From Schlesneria paludicola DSM 18645 (lineage in GTDB: Bacteria; Planctomycetota; Planctomycetia; Planctomycetales; Planctomycetaceae), in NCBI GenBank assembly GCA_945869955.1, contig CAMBQP010000001.1:12745-76744 (forward strand): a DNA stretch of 64,000 nt. Direction: 5' to 3'. How positions within the stretch are numbered: position 1 is the stretch's first letter; each line of letters opens with the position of its first letter. Below the pieces are notes generated by a model. That model made no database searches. It saw only the letters and a program-made list of their open reading frames with translations, and was not told the DNA's origin. The position numbers were made by a program, and so were the translations under genes. Below are positions 38,238 through 48,522 of this stretch, piece by piece.

Positions 38238-39269
38238 TCAGTCGTTGGACTTTGCCACCGGTGGTGAAGGCCTCGTTGAGGGAGCGTATTTTTTGGACGG
38301 GACGAATTTTCTGGGTGTTGCCTCATCGCCCCCCTTCGGTGTCTCGGAAGTTTTCTCATTCGTCGGTTCACCGAGAACGGGGACATTCACTTTGGACTCA
38401 ATCAGTCCCCCTTTTTGCGTTTCCGCGACGATCCCGGCGGACGATTCTTCGCGAATGTCCACTAACGGTGCCGAGGCAGGCCGCTCGCCGAGATGTTTGT
38501 TTCCATCAAGCCGTGGTGTCGGCTCCAGCCCGCTCGATCGTTCCACAGACGTGGTCCCCGCAGCTTTCGTTTGAGCCGCTTTCGAGGCCGAGTTTGACGC
38601 CAATTCCGGGATTTTCAAGACCATCCCGGATCGTAGGTCATTCGCGTCCCTGAGCTGGTCTCGATTGGCTTCGAACAGGTCCTGAAAACGGTTGGAATTG
38701 CCCAAGTGTTTCGCGGCAATCGACGAGAGCGATTCTCCTTTCAGGACGAGATGCGTTCGCTCTTTCTGCAGATTTTCCCCGCTCGTCCGTCCGGAAGTTC
38801 CCGGTTTACTGCTCGAGATCGAATTTCCAGTCTCGGTTTTTCCCGCCGAAAGTGATCGATCCCCCGGTAGTCGATCCCCCGGTACGGGGATTGGTGCGAG
38901 TTCCTGAACGTCGCTGTCGCTGTCGGTCAGTTGCGATAAAGGCTGTCCCCCTCCCGAGGAATTTTTGCCGCCGAACGCTTGTTCAGCAGAACTCAAATAG
39001 GACCCACCGTGATCCTCGTCGGACGCCAACTCGGATTCTTTACGGTCTGCGACGGAACGGATACGAACCCGGTCACCCGCTTCGACGGCCTCAACCCCCT
39101 TCAGATACGGGCGAGTTGTCCGTTCGGCGATACGATCATCCAGTTCCTGAGCATGTTGCAATCGAGGTGTTTCCACTCGTTCTCGCGTTTCGTTGCGAAA
39201 GAACAGGGCGGCGCAGGCTCCGATGAGCAGCACCCCGAGTGCCAAACCAATTCGTTGATCCTGGTGCAT
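38238..39269 (-). CDS. Membrane-anchored LysM peptidoglycan-binding protein
   Basis: AGGAGG SD; N-terminal TM (IGLALGVLLIGACAALFF); LysM HLVLKGESLSSIAAKHLG...LFEANRD...LRSGMVLKIP; disordered flanks. Confidence 0.9.
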   Translation of the reverse strand: MHQDQRIGLALGVLLIGACAALFFRNETRERVETPRLQHAQELDDRIAERTTRPYLKGVEAVEAGDRVRIRSVADRKESELASDEDHGGSYLSSAEQAFGGKNSSGGGQPLSQLTDSDSDVQELAPIPVPGDRLPGDRSLSAGKTETGNSISSSKPGTSGRTSGENLQKERTHLVLKGESLSSIAAKHLGNSNRFQDLFEANRDQLRDANDLRSGMVLKIPELASNSASKAAQTKAAGTTSVERSSGLEPTPRLDGNKHLGERPASAPLVDIREESSAGIVAETQKGGLIESKVNVPVLGEPTNEKTSETPKGGDEATPRKFVPSKKYAPSTRPSPPVAKSND

Positions 39270-39448
39270 TGAGACCTCCTGAAAATGAACCCATTCCTAT
39301 GAAGAATGGATCATGCCCGTCAGTCGTGCGGTCGGAACTTGCCCAAAAGTGACTTAAAACCCGAATTACGGTGATTTGGTGATTGATTTAACGATTGTGA
39401 ACGGGATACCTGTTGGCCAAGCGTCTCGGGTTGGTCTGGTTGTTTACC

Positions 39449-41863
39449 TCAAGGCTTAGGCCCTGCAGCGACTTCGTTACGTACGGGTTCTTTGGCCGGC
39501 GTTTGAGTTGGCACAGGAAAGAGGTTTCGCGGTGCTAAGGCGTCAGCGGGGTGTGACAGATCCAGAAGTTCAGGCTCGCGAGGAAATTCCACTTTGGCAG
39601 GTTCAATCAAACGTCGGGCTTCAGCCAGCACAAAATCGACGTCCATAAACGGTTCGGGGCCCAGATCGTGCCAGCGGATTTTTCCCTGAGCGTCAATCAG
39701 CACCGTGGCGTGTAACGGAGTGGATTCGAAATCGTCGTAGGCGTGAAATCGCTTGAACGTTTCCAGTGTCGTATCCGAAACCAGCTGGAACGGAAAGACC
39801 CCTTCCGCGTTATAGCGTTCCTGCGATTTTTTGAGGTTCTCGACGCTGTCTGTGCTGATCGCCACCAACGAAATTCCCGCGTCCGCATACTGTTTTTGCT
39901 TGGAAGCAAAAGCCTTTAATTGCTCGGCACAGTGCAGACAACCCGATCCCAAATAGAAGATCGCAACAACGGGCCGTCCTTGGAATTCGGCCGCCGAGTG
40001 CAATTGACCAGCACCGTCGGGAAGCGACCAACTGGGAGCATCTACGGGCTTCCAGGTCAGTGGGCCAAGTGTCGCCAAGTCAGGAAGTTCGGCGGCATTG
40101 CGAGCGACCGGCTTCGGCAAGCGCCAGTCGGCCTTGAACCCCAGTTCCATCGCAATCGGCTGCAATCTTGCAAACGGCGGCACATCCAGATCGATGGAAC
40201 CCGAGATTTCTCGCAGGGTCTCGAAGGATCGCTTCGCTTCGTCCTTGTTTCCTTGTCGCCAGAGGAGTTGAACCAACGCTGCCAGGGGCCGGGCCTGATT
40301 TTTGCTTCTTCCAACCCAATCCTTCAGTCGCTTCAAGGCGACATCCTGTTTTCCGGCTTGGAATTCCACGTCCGCAAGGAGGGCTTCGTCCACCTCATTC
40401 GCCTTCACCAGTCGTTCCAGCGCTTCGGCGGGCTTTCCTTCTGACAACAGCACGTATCCCTGCAATTCATCCACGCCTCGTTCTAACGTTCGAATCCGTT
40501 CTGCTGTCGGCTGGATCGCTTGTGCCCGTTTTTCCTCGACCGCTTTCGCGTCATTTCCCTCAAAGCGAGCCTTGGCAACCGCTTCGTCGACGGCGATGTC
40601 CGAGTCTTGCTTCAGTCTCGCCAATCGCCGTTCGAGGATTGCCAATTGGGCACGACCTTTTACGGGATCGCTCGACCGGAAATAGGCTCGACCCAAGTGG
40701 CGGAAATATTTGATCTGTTCGTTTTCGTCGGTCGTCGGTGCAAGGACTTGTGTCTGTGCGTCGGCAATGAGCGACTCCCACAGCTCGAATTGCGAGTAAA
40801 CTTGCAGCAGCCGCAATCGTCCGTAATGTGCACTTTTCCCGCCGGGAAACGAGTTATATTTCGGGTGTCGCGGCAGATCGATGATATTCCGGGCCAAGGT
40901 GACGGCATCATGCACTCGACCGAGAAACTGCAGATTCCGCACCAGCCATTCATTGTTGTGGGCAAAGTTATGGATCCGATCGGGGAAAACCCCCTCACGG
41001 ATCATGTAGGCATGGTCGGTTCTTGCCGCCGCTTCCTGATGCCAGGCGGCATCAAAATATTGATGCAGGTCACTGTAGATATGTCCGGACATATGCCACA
41101 TATGAGCAATCCCCGGTGCGGAGAGGCCGCATCGTTCGGCAGAATGGACTGCCAATTTTGCCTTATCATTATCCCAGAGGTGGACACGGTAATGATGGAC
41201 AGGATGAAAGGGATCAACCGCCAGGACGTCGTTGAGTAGCGCATCAATCGCGAAATATCCCGGCATTTCCAGCTCACCCCGATGCTGCCAGAGTCCCATC
41301 CCCAGCATCGCTTTGGCTTCGAGGTCGTCAGGAAATCGATAGAGGATTTCTTCGAGAGCGTTCACGTAATTACGGATTCGCTCCTTTTTTTTCTTCTCGT
41401 CCCCGACATCGGCTTTATACCACGCGTCCAGGGCATCAATGTACTTTTGTTCACGTTCCGAGGACTTGGATTTTCGCTTGACCGCCTCGGCCAGAAATCC
41501 CTTGGCACGTGTGTCGTTATTCACATTCGCCAAAGCCATGCCGAAATAGGTCATCGCACAGTCGGGGTCCAGTTTGGCTGCTTGTCGGAACGAGCGTTCC
41601 GCTTCGAAGTACCAGAATCCATGGAGTTGGCCGACCCCCTGATTGAAGAATTGTTGGGTTTGCACCACGCTGGTTGTCACGGGAAAGGTGACCCGACCGG
41701 TGGTTCCGAGCAGCGAGGCGGCCCGACGCGGACCTTCATCGAACGATTCGCCATGCATGGAATGCCCAGGCGGGGTGACGTTCGCCGGTAGCAAGGCGTC
41801 GGCGGGGAGGGCAGGGTCCGCACCCGTGAGCAGCATGCAGAGCAGGGTCGTGAAGTTCATCAT
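39449..41863 (-). CDS. Secreted TPR-repeat protein with a C-terminal AhpC/TSA (redoxin) domain
   Basis: QQFFNQGVGQLHGFWYFEAERSFRQAA TPR motif, HPVHHY, HAWHM-like HMWHM; C-terminal FYLGSGCLHC, VAISTD, LIDAQGKIRW. Confidence 0.85.
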   Translation of the reverse strand: MMNFTTLLCMLLTGADPALPADALLPANVTPPGHSMHGESFDEGPRRAASLLGTTGRVTFPVTTSVVQTQQFFNQGVGQLHGFWYFEAERSFRQAAKLDPDCAMTYFGMALANVNNDTRAKGFLAEAVKRKSKSSEREQKYIDALDAWYKADVGDEKKKKERIRNYVNALEEILYRFPDDLEAKAMLGMGLWQHRGELEMPGYFAIDALLNDVLAVDPFHPVHHYRVHLWDNDKAKLAVHSAERCGLSAPGIAHMWHMSGHIYSDLHQYFDAAWHQEAAARTDHAYMIREGVFPDRIHNFAHNNEWLVRNLQFLGRVHDAVTLARNIIDLPRHPKYNSFPGGKSAHYGRLRLLQVYSQFELWESLIADAQTQVLAPTTDENEQIKYFRHLGRAYFRSSDPVKGRAQLAILERRLARLKQDSDIAVDEAVAKARFEGNDAKAVEEKRAQAIQPTAERIRTLERGVDELQGYVLLSEGKPAEALERLVKANEVDEALLADVEFQAGKQDVALKRLKDWVGRSKNQARPLAALVQLLWRQGNKDEAKRSFETLREISGSIDLDVPPFARLQPIAMELGFKADWRLPKPVARNAAELPDLATLGPLTWKPVDAPSWSLPDGAGQLHSAAEFQGRPVVAIFYLGSGCLHCAEQLKAFASKQKQYADAGISLVAISTDSVENLKKSQERYNAEGVFPFQLVSDTTLETFKRFHAYDDFESTPLHATVLIDAQGKIRWHDLGPEPFMDVDFVLAEARRLIEPAKVEFPREPELLDLSHPADALAPRNLFPVPTQTPAKEPVRNEVAAGPKP

Positions 41864-42148
41864 GATCAATTTCCACAAATCGTTGCAGAACCAGCGATTT
41901 GGCCGCAAGTCGTGATTTCATCATTTCGTTGGCGAGATGCATGAGGGCCAGCCCCCTTTCGCCTCCACCGACATACACATCCCGAAATCATACCGTGAAA
42001 AAATGGCGAATGCAGCAAAGATTCGGGTGAGACGTAGGCAAAAATTGCAGAGAGCCCATCAAGGTGCAAGAACGTTTCTGTGGCAATCAGGGGGACTGCT
42101 ACGGTCAACCGAAGTCCGATTCGCCGGGTTGCGTTGACAATCGGGATT

Positions 42149-43453
42149 TTACTTTGCGGAGGGGCTGAGTAATTCACTCAAGAGTCGGCTTAATTCGTCC
42201 CCCCGCGCATTCATCGAAACGACTTTTCCCTGCTGATCCACCAGAATTGCGGCGGGAATTGCCGTGACTCCATACTTCACGGCCATCGAATGCTGCCAGC
42301 CCGATCCCTTTCCGGAAGAATCCTCGTACATCTGTTTCCAGGGAATGGATTCGCGATTCACGAAGTTGACAAGTGGCTTGCGGTCTTTATCCAGACTGAT
42401 TCCCAGCACATCGAAGCCGCGATCGTGATACTTGCGATAGTTCTCTTTCACGTTGGGGACTTCGGCAATGCAGGGGCCACACCACGTTGCCCAAAAATCG
42501 ACTAGCACGACTTTGCCACGATAAGATTCCCAGTCCAACTGGCTGCCATCAAGCAAGGTTCCCTCGAGTTCCAACTTCGATCCGGGAAGTCGCAATTGAG
42601 CCGCTTTGCCTTGCCATTGGGTCATCAACTTACCCCGTGTTTCCTTTTCTGGCGACTGCTGGATCGCCTCGACCAGGTGCTCATAATGGCCCGCTGCCGC
42701 CTCGATTTGATTGGCCTTGGTCAGTTGATCTGCCACGAGCACGGCATCGCGCAGTGAATCATCCGAAAAACCGTTTACGCGAACCCATTCGATCGCTTCC
42801 TCACGCAATTTTTCCTGATCTGCGGGTGGCAGAGAATTGACATTTAAGGCACGGACGGCCAACCAGTACTGGTTGGCAACTTCCACCACCACGGGGCGAG
42901 CATCTCCTCGTAATCGCTGAACTTCTGCCAGGATCTGCTCGGGGGCGTCGTCCAGGCCAGAAACCGCCAGACCAATTTGACCGACGATTTTTCGCGTTAA
43001 GGCTTCCTTGAGCGTTGCATCATCCGCTTTTTGAGCCAAAATTTTGTCGCCAGCCCGAATGATGGCCCTTTGCAATTTCAGCGTGTACTCGTTCGCATCC
43101 TGCTGACTGGAAGGCTGATACTTTTGGCTTACCAGCCCTTTGACAAATGCGAGAATTTTGACCGAGTCCCCGTCAGGAACGCGAAATGACGGATCATTTT
43201 CGCTTCCTCCGCCCCCCTGACCGCTTTTCGAGCCCGATTTCTGATTGGAGAAACTCGCAGGATTTTCCAACGAGGGATCGGTACTGCGGCCACACCCGCT
43301 GAGCGTGAAGACCAGCCCACTCCACAGTGCAGCCAGCGCGACCGTCGAAAACAATGTCAGTCTTGACGAAATCATCGCAGAGACCAATCCACCCCACAGT
43401 CCGGACAGCAGCGCTGAGGAACCAATAGATTTCCAATAACGACACATGTTCAA
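42149..43453 (-). CDS. TlpA-like thioredoxin-fold disulfide reductase, probable lipoprotein
   Basis: LSGC lipobox; YRGKVVLVDFWATWCGPC; GISLD; YGVTAIP; LVDQQGKV. Confidence 0.9.
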   Translation of the reverse strand: MNMCRYWKSIGSSALLSGLWGGLVSAMISSRLTLFSTVALAALWSGLVFTLSGCGRSTDPSLENPASFSNQKSGSKSGQGGGGSENDPSFRVPDGDSVKILAFVKGLVSQKYQPSSQQDANEYTLKLQRAIIRAGDKILAQKADDATLKEALTRKIVGQIGLAVSGLDDAPEQILAEVQRLRGDARPVVVEVANQYWLAVRALNVNSLPPADQEKLREEAIEWVRVNGFSDDSLRDAVLVADQLTKANQIEAAAGHYEHLVEAIQQSPEKETRGKLMTQWQGKAAQLRLPGSKLELEGTLLDGSQLDWESYRGKVVLVDFWATWCGPCIAEVPNVKENYRKYHDRGFDVLGISLDKDRKPLVNFVNRESIPWKQMYEDSSGKGSGWQHSMAVKYGVTAIPAAILVDQQGKVVSMNARGDELSRLLSELLSPSAK

Positions 43454-43722
43454 ACTCCTGAAACAGACCGCAAATCACCAAAGTGGCCTGAAAGCTCGTA
43501 GCGGCAGCATTTCGCCCGGAAGTGTAACGGTTCACTGCAAAAAGTAAGGAGGACGGGAAGTTTTTTTGAAGCCAACTCTCGTCGGAAATGGATTTTGAGA
43601 ATGGCTCAATTTGCGTTTTCAAGGCTGGGAGTCAGCGGATTGGAAATGAGCACTTTTTCCGGAGCATCAACACGGACGGCAAAAGTACACCGAGGGTCTA
43701 TCCCTTTCCCTCACACTTACCC

Positions 43723-43782
43723 GAGTGAAACACGATTTACAGAGTGAAACACGGTTTCACCCAGAACTCGTTTCACCCAGAA
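43723..43782. repeat. Nested direct/inverted repeats: GAGTGAAACACG x2 followed by GTTTCACCCAGAA x2
   Basis: 43723-43734 and 43742-43753; 43754-43766 and 43770-43782. The inner pair forms the GTGAAAC-ACG-GTTTCAC hairpin just past the stop codon of the minus-strand gene. Confidence 0.8.
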
Positions 43783-44732
43783 ATCAATTCTCGAAGTTTC
43801 GCGAGATGGCCGGGGATGGCGACAAACGGATCTGCTTCGGCTTCATACTCAAGCACCAGAAACCCGCGATAATGGGCCTCTTTCAGAATTTTGACCACCC
43901 GAGCGAGATCTGCGAATTCTTTCTTGCCGCCAGGATACAGATCGACCTTGATCTGCGCGTTGATCGTGTAGGGGGCGATTTTTGCCAGATCACCGTAGGG
44001 GTCTTCCGTCCGTAAATTTCCTCCGTCAAAATTCACACCGAACCAGGGTGAGGGCTTCACTCCGCGCACAATTTTTAACAGTTGTTCCGAGGTGGCGGTA
44101 ATCCCCCCATGGTTTTCGAGTGCCAGGCAAACCCCCTTGCTTGCCGCGTATTCCAGTGAACGGTTGATCCCTTCGATACAACGTTCTCGGGCAGTCTCTT
44201 CCGTATCGCCTGCGGGAATATTTCCGGCAAAAATTCGAATCACAGGAGCCCCCAGGGTGGCCGAATGATCAATCCATTCGCGACACATCTGCAGATTTCG
44301 CTCGCGCGCTTCCCCTTCCGCCAGGCAGAAATCATTGCCGATCGCAGTCCCCGAGATATCCAGACCTAAACGGAATGTGCGTTCTTTCAGGCTGAGCAGA
44401 TAGTCTCTGGTGATCTCTTTCGGAAAATAATACGCGGTTAACTCGGTCCCATCCAGATTTTGTTCGGCACAAAAGTCAATGAATTTTTCGAGTGTAAACT
44501 TGGCCCCGGCAAGTTGCTCGGGTGTTCCTCGCGTCGTCAGTACTCGACTGAACGAGTACGCTGCGAGGCTTAATTTCATGTGCGATTTGCCATTTCTCAG
44601 CACCGGTTCCGCCGCACAAAGGGAGTGGCCACCCATCAGCGGGGCTGCAATTCCGATCGCAGAGAGACCTGCCAGACTCTGGTGCAGAAAGTCGCGTCGA
44701 TTGACGGTGGTCGATCCGTGTTGCGTAGTCAT
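43773..44732 (-). CDS. Tat-exported sugar phosphate isomerase/epimerase (xylose isomerase-like TIM barrel)
   Basis: NRRDFL signal; SLAAYSF, ELTAYY, RIFAG, LENHGG, NFDGGN, LEYE. Confidence 0.88.
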   Translation of the reverse strand: MTTQHGSTTVNRRDFLHQSLAGLSAIGIAAPLMGGHSLCAAEPVLRNGKSHMKLSLAAYSFSRVLTTRGTPEQLAGAKFTLEKFIDFCAEQNLDGTELTAYYFPKEITRDYLLSLKERTFRLGLDISGTAIGNDFCLAEGEARERNLQMCREWIDHSATLGAPVIRIFAGNIPAGDTEETARERCIEGINRSLEYAASKGVCLALENHGGITATSEQLLKIVRGVKPSPWFGVNFDGGNLRTEDPYGDLAKIAPYTINAQIKVDLYPGGKKEFADLARVVKILKEAHYRGFLVLEYEAEADPFVAIPGHLAKLRELISG

Positions 44733-44886
44733 GAAGCGTTCCCTTTTTGATCGAGTGAATGACATCATCCGCCATGCCGCCGGCTACCTCAGATCGTTTC
44801 GATCGTCCCCGACAGACCCGTTCCTCGCTCTATTGTGATCCAGAAGTGCGTGTTGGGGAAGCGAGTCACTGGAAATACGCGACCCT

Positions 44887-44922
44887 AACGTCCAAGATGG
44901 TCACGAACGTCCAAGATGGTCA
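44887..44922. repeat. Tandem duplication AACGTCCAAGATGGTCA (period 19)
   Basis: Identical 17-mers at 44887-44903 and 44906-44922 in a divergent intergenic region. Confidence 0.85.
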
Positions 44923-44972
44923 TGGATAAGATCTGAAGGAAATCGTGATAAGCTTGATCGGGAATCCTGGAA

Positions 44973-45671
44973 ATGGCACTGACTGAACCGACGCTGGTGA
45001 TCGAGCAACTGACAAAAACCTATCCGACGGCGGAAGGTTCGCTCTCGATTTTACGAGGCGTGAACCTGATGATGGGGCGGGGCGAGGCCTTGGCGATCAC
45101 GGGCCCGTCGGGGTCGGGGAAAAGTACGTTGCTCTATCTGCTGGGTGCTCTGGATACGCCGACTTCCGGTCGAGTGATCCTCGCAGGCCAGCAACCATTC
45201 CAGTTGAATAGCCGTGAGCAGGCGCACTTCCGCAATACCCAGGTCGGCTTCATCTTTCAGGATCATCATCTGCTGCCGCAATGCTCGGTCCTCGAGAATG
45301 TGCTGATTCCCCTGCTGGCTGGCCCGGGGGCCGATGCCGAGTCTGAATCGCGGGCTCGTACTCTTCTCGATCGAGTCGGTCTGGCGGATCGTCTTTCGCA
45401 TCGTCCGGCTCAATTGTCCGGGGGTGAACGACAACGTGTTGCTGTCTGTCGGTCACTGATCAACAAACCGGTCCTGCTGCTGGCTGACGAACCGACGGGA
45501 AATCTGGACCGGGCAACGGCCGAAAGTGTGGGGTCTTTATTGCTCGAATTGAACCATGAACAGAACACGCTGCTGGTTTGCGTCACGCATAGTCCCGAAC
45601 TGGCCGCACGCTTTCCCCGGCAGACCGTGCTGAAGGACGGGCAACTCGAAGAACAACTCATCGAACACTGA
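44973..45671 (+). CDS. ABC transporter ATP-binding protein (LolD-like)
   Basis: GPSGSGKST, GFIFQDHHL, LSGGERQRVA, LLADEPTGNLD, VTH. Confidence 0.92.
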   Translation: MALTEPTLVIEQLTKTYPTAEGSLSILRGVNLMMGRGEALAITGPSGSGKSTLLYLLGALDTPTSGRVILAGQQPFQLNSREQAHFRNTQVGFIFQDHHLLPQCSVLENVLIPLLAGPGADAESESRARTLLDRVGLADRLSHRPAQLSGGERQRVAVCRSLINKPVLLLADEPTGNLDRATAESVGSLLLELNHEQNTLLVCVTHSPELAARFPRQTVLKDGQLEEQLIEH

Positions 45672-45778
45672 ATCTGTGACTTGCCCATTCTGCGATTCCC
45701 CAAATTCGGTTGCTTCCGGCACCTTTTCACGACTTGACGACGATTGCCGCACACCGGTTACCTTCCAGAGATTTTTTC

Positions 45779-47200
45779 ATGCTCATCCGACTTGCCAGTC
45801 TCGTGGCCCTGATGCTTTTCACCGTCCAAACGGCACAGGCTCAAAAGCAAACGATGGTTGACCGCATTCAGCAGCGTGAGTCGACAACATGGGATTGGGC
45901 ATCCCGCATCTGGAATCTGTCCGAACCGGGTTATCAAGAGGTCGAATCGGCTCGATTACTGGCCGACGCACTTGAGGCTGCCGGCTTTCACGTCGAGCGG
46001 GGAGTTGCCGAGATCCCGACTGCCTTCACGGCAACCTTTGGCTCAGGGAGTCCGGTGATTGCGATTCTCGGCGAATACGACGCCTTGCCGGGTCTGTCAC
46101 AACAGGCGGTCCCTGAGCAGTTGCCCCGTGCGGGAGCCACCTACGGTCATGCTTGCGGTCACCATTTGTTCGGGGCCGCTTCTGCTTCGGCCGCCATTGC
46201 GATCGCGGAGCAAATCCAAAACGGAAAACTGCAGGGGACTGTTCGTTTTTATGGGTGCCCTGCCGAAGAAGGGGGAAGTGGAAAAACGTTTATGGTTCGA
46301 GCCGGTCTGTTTGACGATTGTGATGCGGCGTTACATTGGCACCCCGCGTCGAAAAATACGGCTGGGGATTCGTCATGCCTGTCGCGTGCTGCGGTGAAAT
46401 TTCGATTTATTGGCCGCAGCGCCCATGCGGCGGGGGCACCCGAACAAGGTCGATCTGCCCTGGATGCGGTCGAGCTCGCCTGCCATGCTTCCGAACTGCT
46501 TCGTGAACATACCCCGGACTTTACGCGGATTCACCATGTGATTGTCAGCGGAGGGGCAGCGCCGAATGTGGTCCCTGATTCAGCCGAAGTGTTCTTTTAT
46601 TTGCGTCATCCGAAAGCCGAGATCGTCCGCGAACTCTACCCGCGACTGCTCAAGTGTGCCCAGGCGGGAGCACTCGCCACAGAGACCAAACTCGAGGAAC
46701 GATATCTCGGTGGGACGATGGAATTACTCCCCAATAATCGACTGGCCGATGTTGCATTGGCGAATCTCAGGGAATTCAATCAGTTGAAGTATGACAATCA
46801 ACAGCGTGAGTTCGCGCAACGGATTCAGCAGACACTGACCAAACCACTTCCCCTCGACATCATCAGCGAAGTCTTCGATACCAGTGGCGAAGTCGGTAAG
46901 GGGTCAACCGATGTGGGTGATGTTTCTTGGGTGATACCGACGGCAGGCTTTACGACCGCCTGTTTTGTGCCCGGCACAACATCGCATTCTTGGCAGGCTG
47001 TCGCGGCCAGTGGGATGTCGATCGGGAAGCAAGGAATGCAACTCGCGGCGCAAACCATGGCGGCCTCGGTCTGGGATTTGATGACACAACCCGAGATCCT
47101 CGTTGAAGCCAAGCAGGAACATGCCAGACGCCGGGAAGGAAGAAAATATGAACCCTTACTTCTTCCCGAGCAGCAACCCCCGCTCGACTATCGAAATTGA
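45779..47200 (+). CDS. M20 amidohydrolase (AbgB-like, p-aminobenzoyl-glutamate hydrolase subunit B family)
   Basis: Signal peptide; GEYDALPG, GHACGH, PAEEG, HWHP, SAHAAGAP, GSTDVGDVSW, HSWQ. Confidence 0.9.
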   Translation: MLIRLASLVALMLFTVQTAQAQKQTMVDRIQQRESTTWDWASRIWNLSEPGYQEVESARLLADALEAAGFHVERGVAEIPTAFTATFGSGSPVIAILGEYDALPGLSQQAVPEQLPRAGATYGHACGHHLFGAASASAAIAIAEQIQNGKLQGTVRFYGCPAEEGGSGKTFMVRAGLFDDCDAALHWHPASKNTAGDSSCLSRAAVKFRFIGRSAHAAGAPEQGRSALDAVELACHASELLREHTPDFTRIHHVIVSGGAAPNVVPDSAEVFFYLRHPKAEIVRELYPRLLKCAQAGALATETKLEERYLGGTMELLPNNRLADVALANLREFNQLKYDNQQREFAQRIQQTLTKPLPLDIISEVFDTSGEVGKGSTDVGDVSWVIPTAGFTTACFVPGTTSHSWQAVAASGMSIGKQGMQLAAQTMAASVWDLMTQPEILVEAKQEHARRREGRKYEPLLLPEQQPPLDYRN

Positions 47201-47340
47201 GTCGAATCCTATTCTTCGCAAACAGCCCAAATCTCTGATCTTTTACACTTTGCTGAATCCATCTTGACCTGAATCCTTGAGTTGGCATATACGGTGAACC
47301 GATCCGGTTTTCCTTCCTTTCTGCCAACTCAAGTCACCTT

Positions 47341-48522
47341 ATGCGGCAAGTTGAACGCTATGTCATGATGGAATTGCTGCGAGTTTTCGTGGCATTGATT
47401 ACCATTTCCACCTTGTTGCTGGTCTTTGTCGGAGTTTTTGGCGAAGCGAGAAAATTCGACTTGGGAATCTGGCAGATTCTGCAAATCATGCCGTTTGTTG
47501 TTCCCAGTCTGATGCCGTACACAATTCCGGCGACGTTGCTGTTAACCGTCTGCGTCGTTTATGGACGAATGGCCGGCGACAACGAAATCATCGCGGTTCG
47601 TGCCGCCGGAATTCACATTATCCACCTGATGTGGCCCTCGTTCTTCCTAGCGGGAGTGCTCAGCATCGTGGCCTTGTTTCTGACCGATCAAATTATTCCG
47701 TGGGCCTTCACGAATATTGAGCGAATCGTCACCCTGGCGATGGAAGACATCATTTTTGACAAACTTCGCACCGAGAACCAGATCAATGATCGAGACCATG
47801 GCATCACCATCAACGTGACCGGAGTCAAAGGCCGCAGACTGATCCATCCAACGATTCGGTATAAGCCCAAAGGGGGCGAATCGGTGATCATGCAGGCAAA
47901 CGAAGCCCAGATTGAATTCGATTTAAAAAACCAAAAGTTTTATCTGAGTCTCTGGGGGATGCAAGGGAATCTGGCTGGTAAAAATTCGACGTTTTTTCTC
48001 GAACATGACCGGATTCCGCAGAATCTTCCCAGTCGGACCGATTCGGCAGGGAATCGAGTCCTGCGGACACAGGATCTGGTCCGCAAGATTGACGCCATGC
48101 ACCAACAGAAACGAAATGCACGGCAGCAGCAGGCGGTCGAGTCTGCTTTTGCTCTTGCACGAGGTGATTTTGACGGACTGCAGAGCAATACGTTCCTGAC
48201 CCACCAGCACCTGTCGAATGCCGCGACCAATGAAATCTACGGTCTCCGCACCGAATATTACAATCGTTTTTCGATGTCTGTCAGTTGCTTTTTCTTCGTA
48301 TTACTGGGAAGTCCTTTCGCCATCTTAATGGCAAAAAATCAATTCTTGACCTGCTTTCTCTTCTGCTTCCTGCCGATCTTGACGGTCTATTATCCGATTG
48401 CGATGATGACACAAAATATGTCCAAAACCGGAGCGATTGACCCCATGTGGTCGGCTTGGCTGGCAAATGCCACGTTGTTATGCGCCGGCATTTATTATAT
48501 TCGTCGTGTACTGGTGAATTAG
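47341..48522 (+). CDS. LptF/LptG family LPS export permease
   Basis: ERYVMMELL, PATLLL...YGRMAGDNEIIAVRAAG; three N-terminal and three C-terminal TM helices around a periplasmic domain. Confidence 0.9.
   Translation: MRQVERYVMMELLRVFVALITISTLLLVFVGVFGEARKFDLGIWQILQIMPFVVPSLMPYTIPATLLLTVCVVYGRMAGDNEIIAVRAAGIHIIHLMWPSFFLAGVLSIVALFLTDQIIPWAFTNIERIVTLAMEDIIFDKLRTENQINDRDHGITINVTGVKGRRLIHPTIRYKPKGGESVIMQANEAQIEFDLKNQKFYLSLWGMQGNLAGKNSTFFLEHDRIPQNLPSRTDSAGNRVLRTQDLVRKIDAMHQQKRNARQQQAVESAFALARGDFDGLQSNTFLTHQHLSNAATNEIYGLRTEYYNRFSMSVSCFFFVLLGSPFAILMAKNQFLTCFLFCFLPILTVYYPIAMMTQNMSKTGAIDPMWSAWLANATLLCAGIYYIRRVLVN

Noticed and set aside
43723-43782. GTTTCA/TGAAAC motifs as a mini CRISPR array
   Set aside because: The units are only 12-13 bp with 3-7 bp gaps, the order is inverted relative to CRISPR repeats, there are no spacers and no cas genes.
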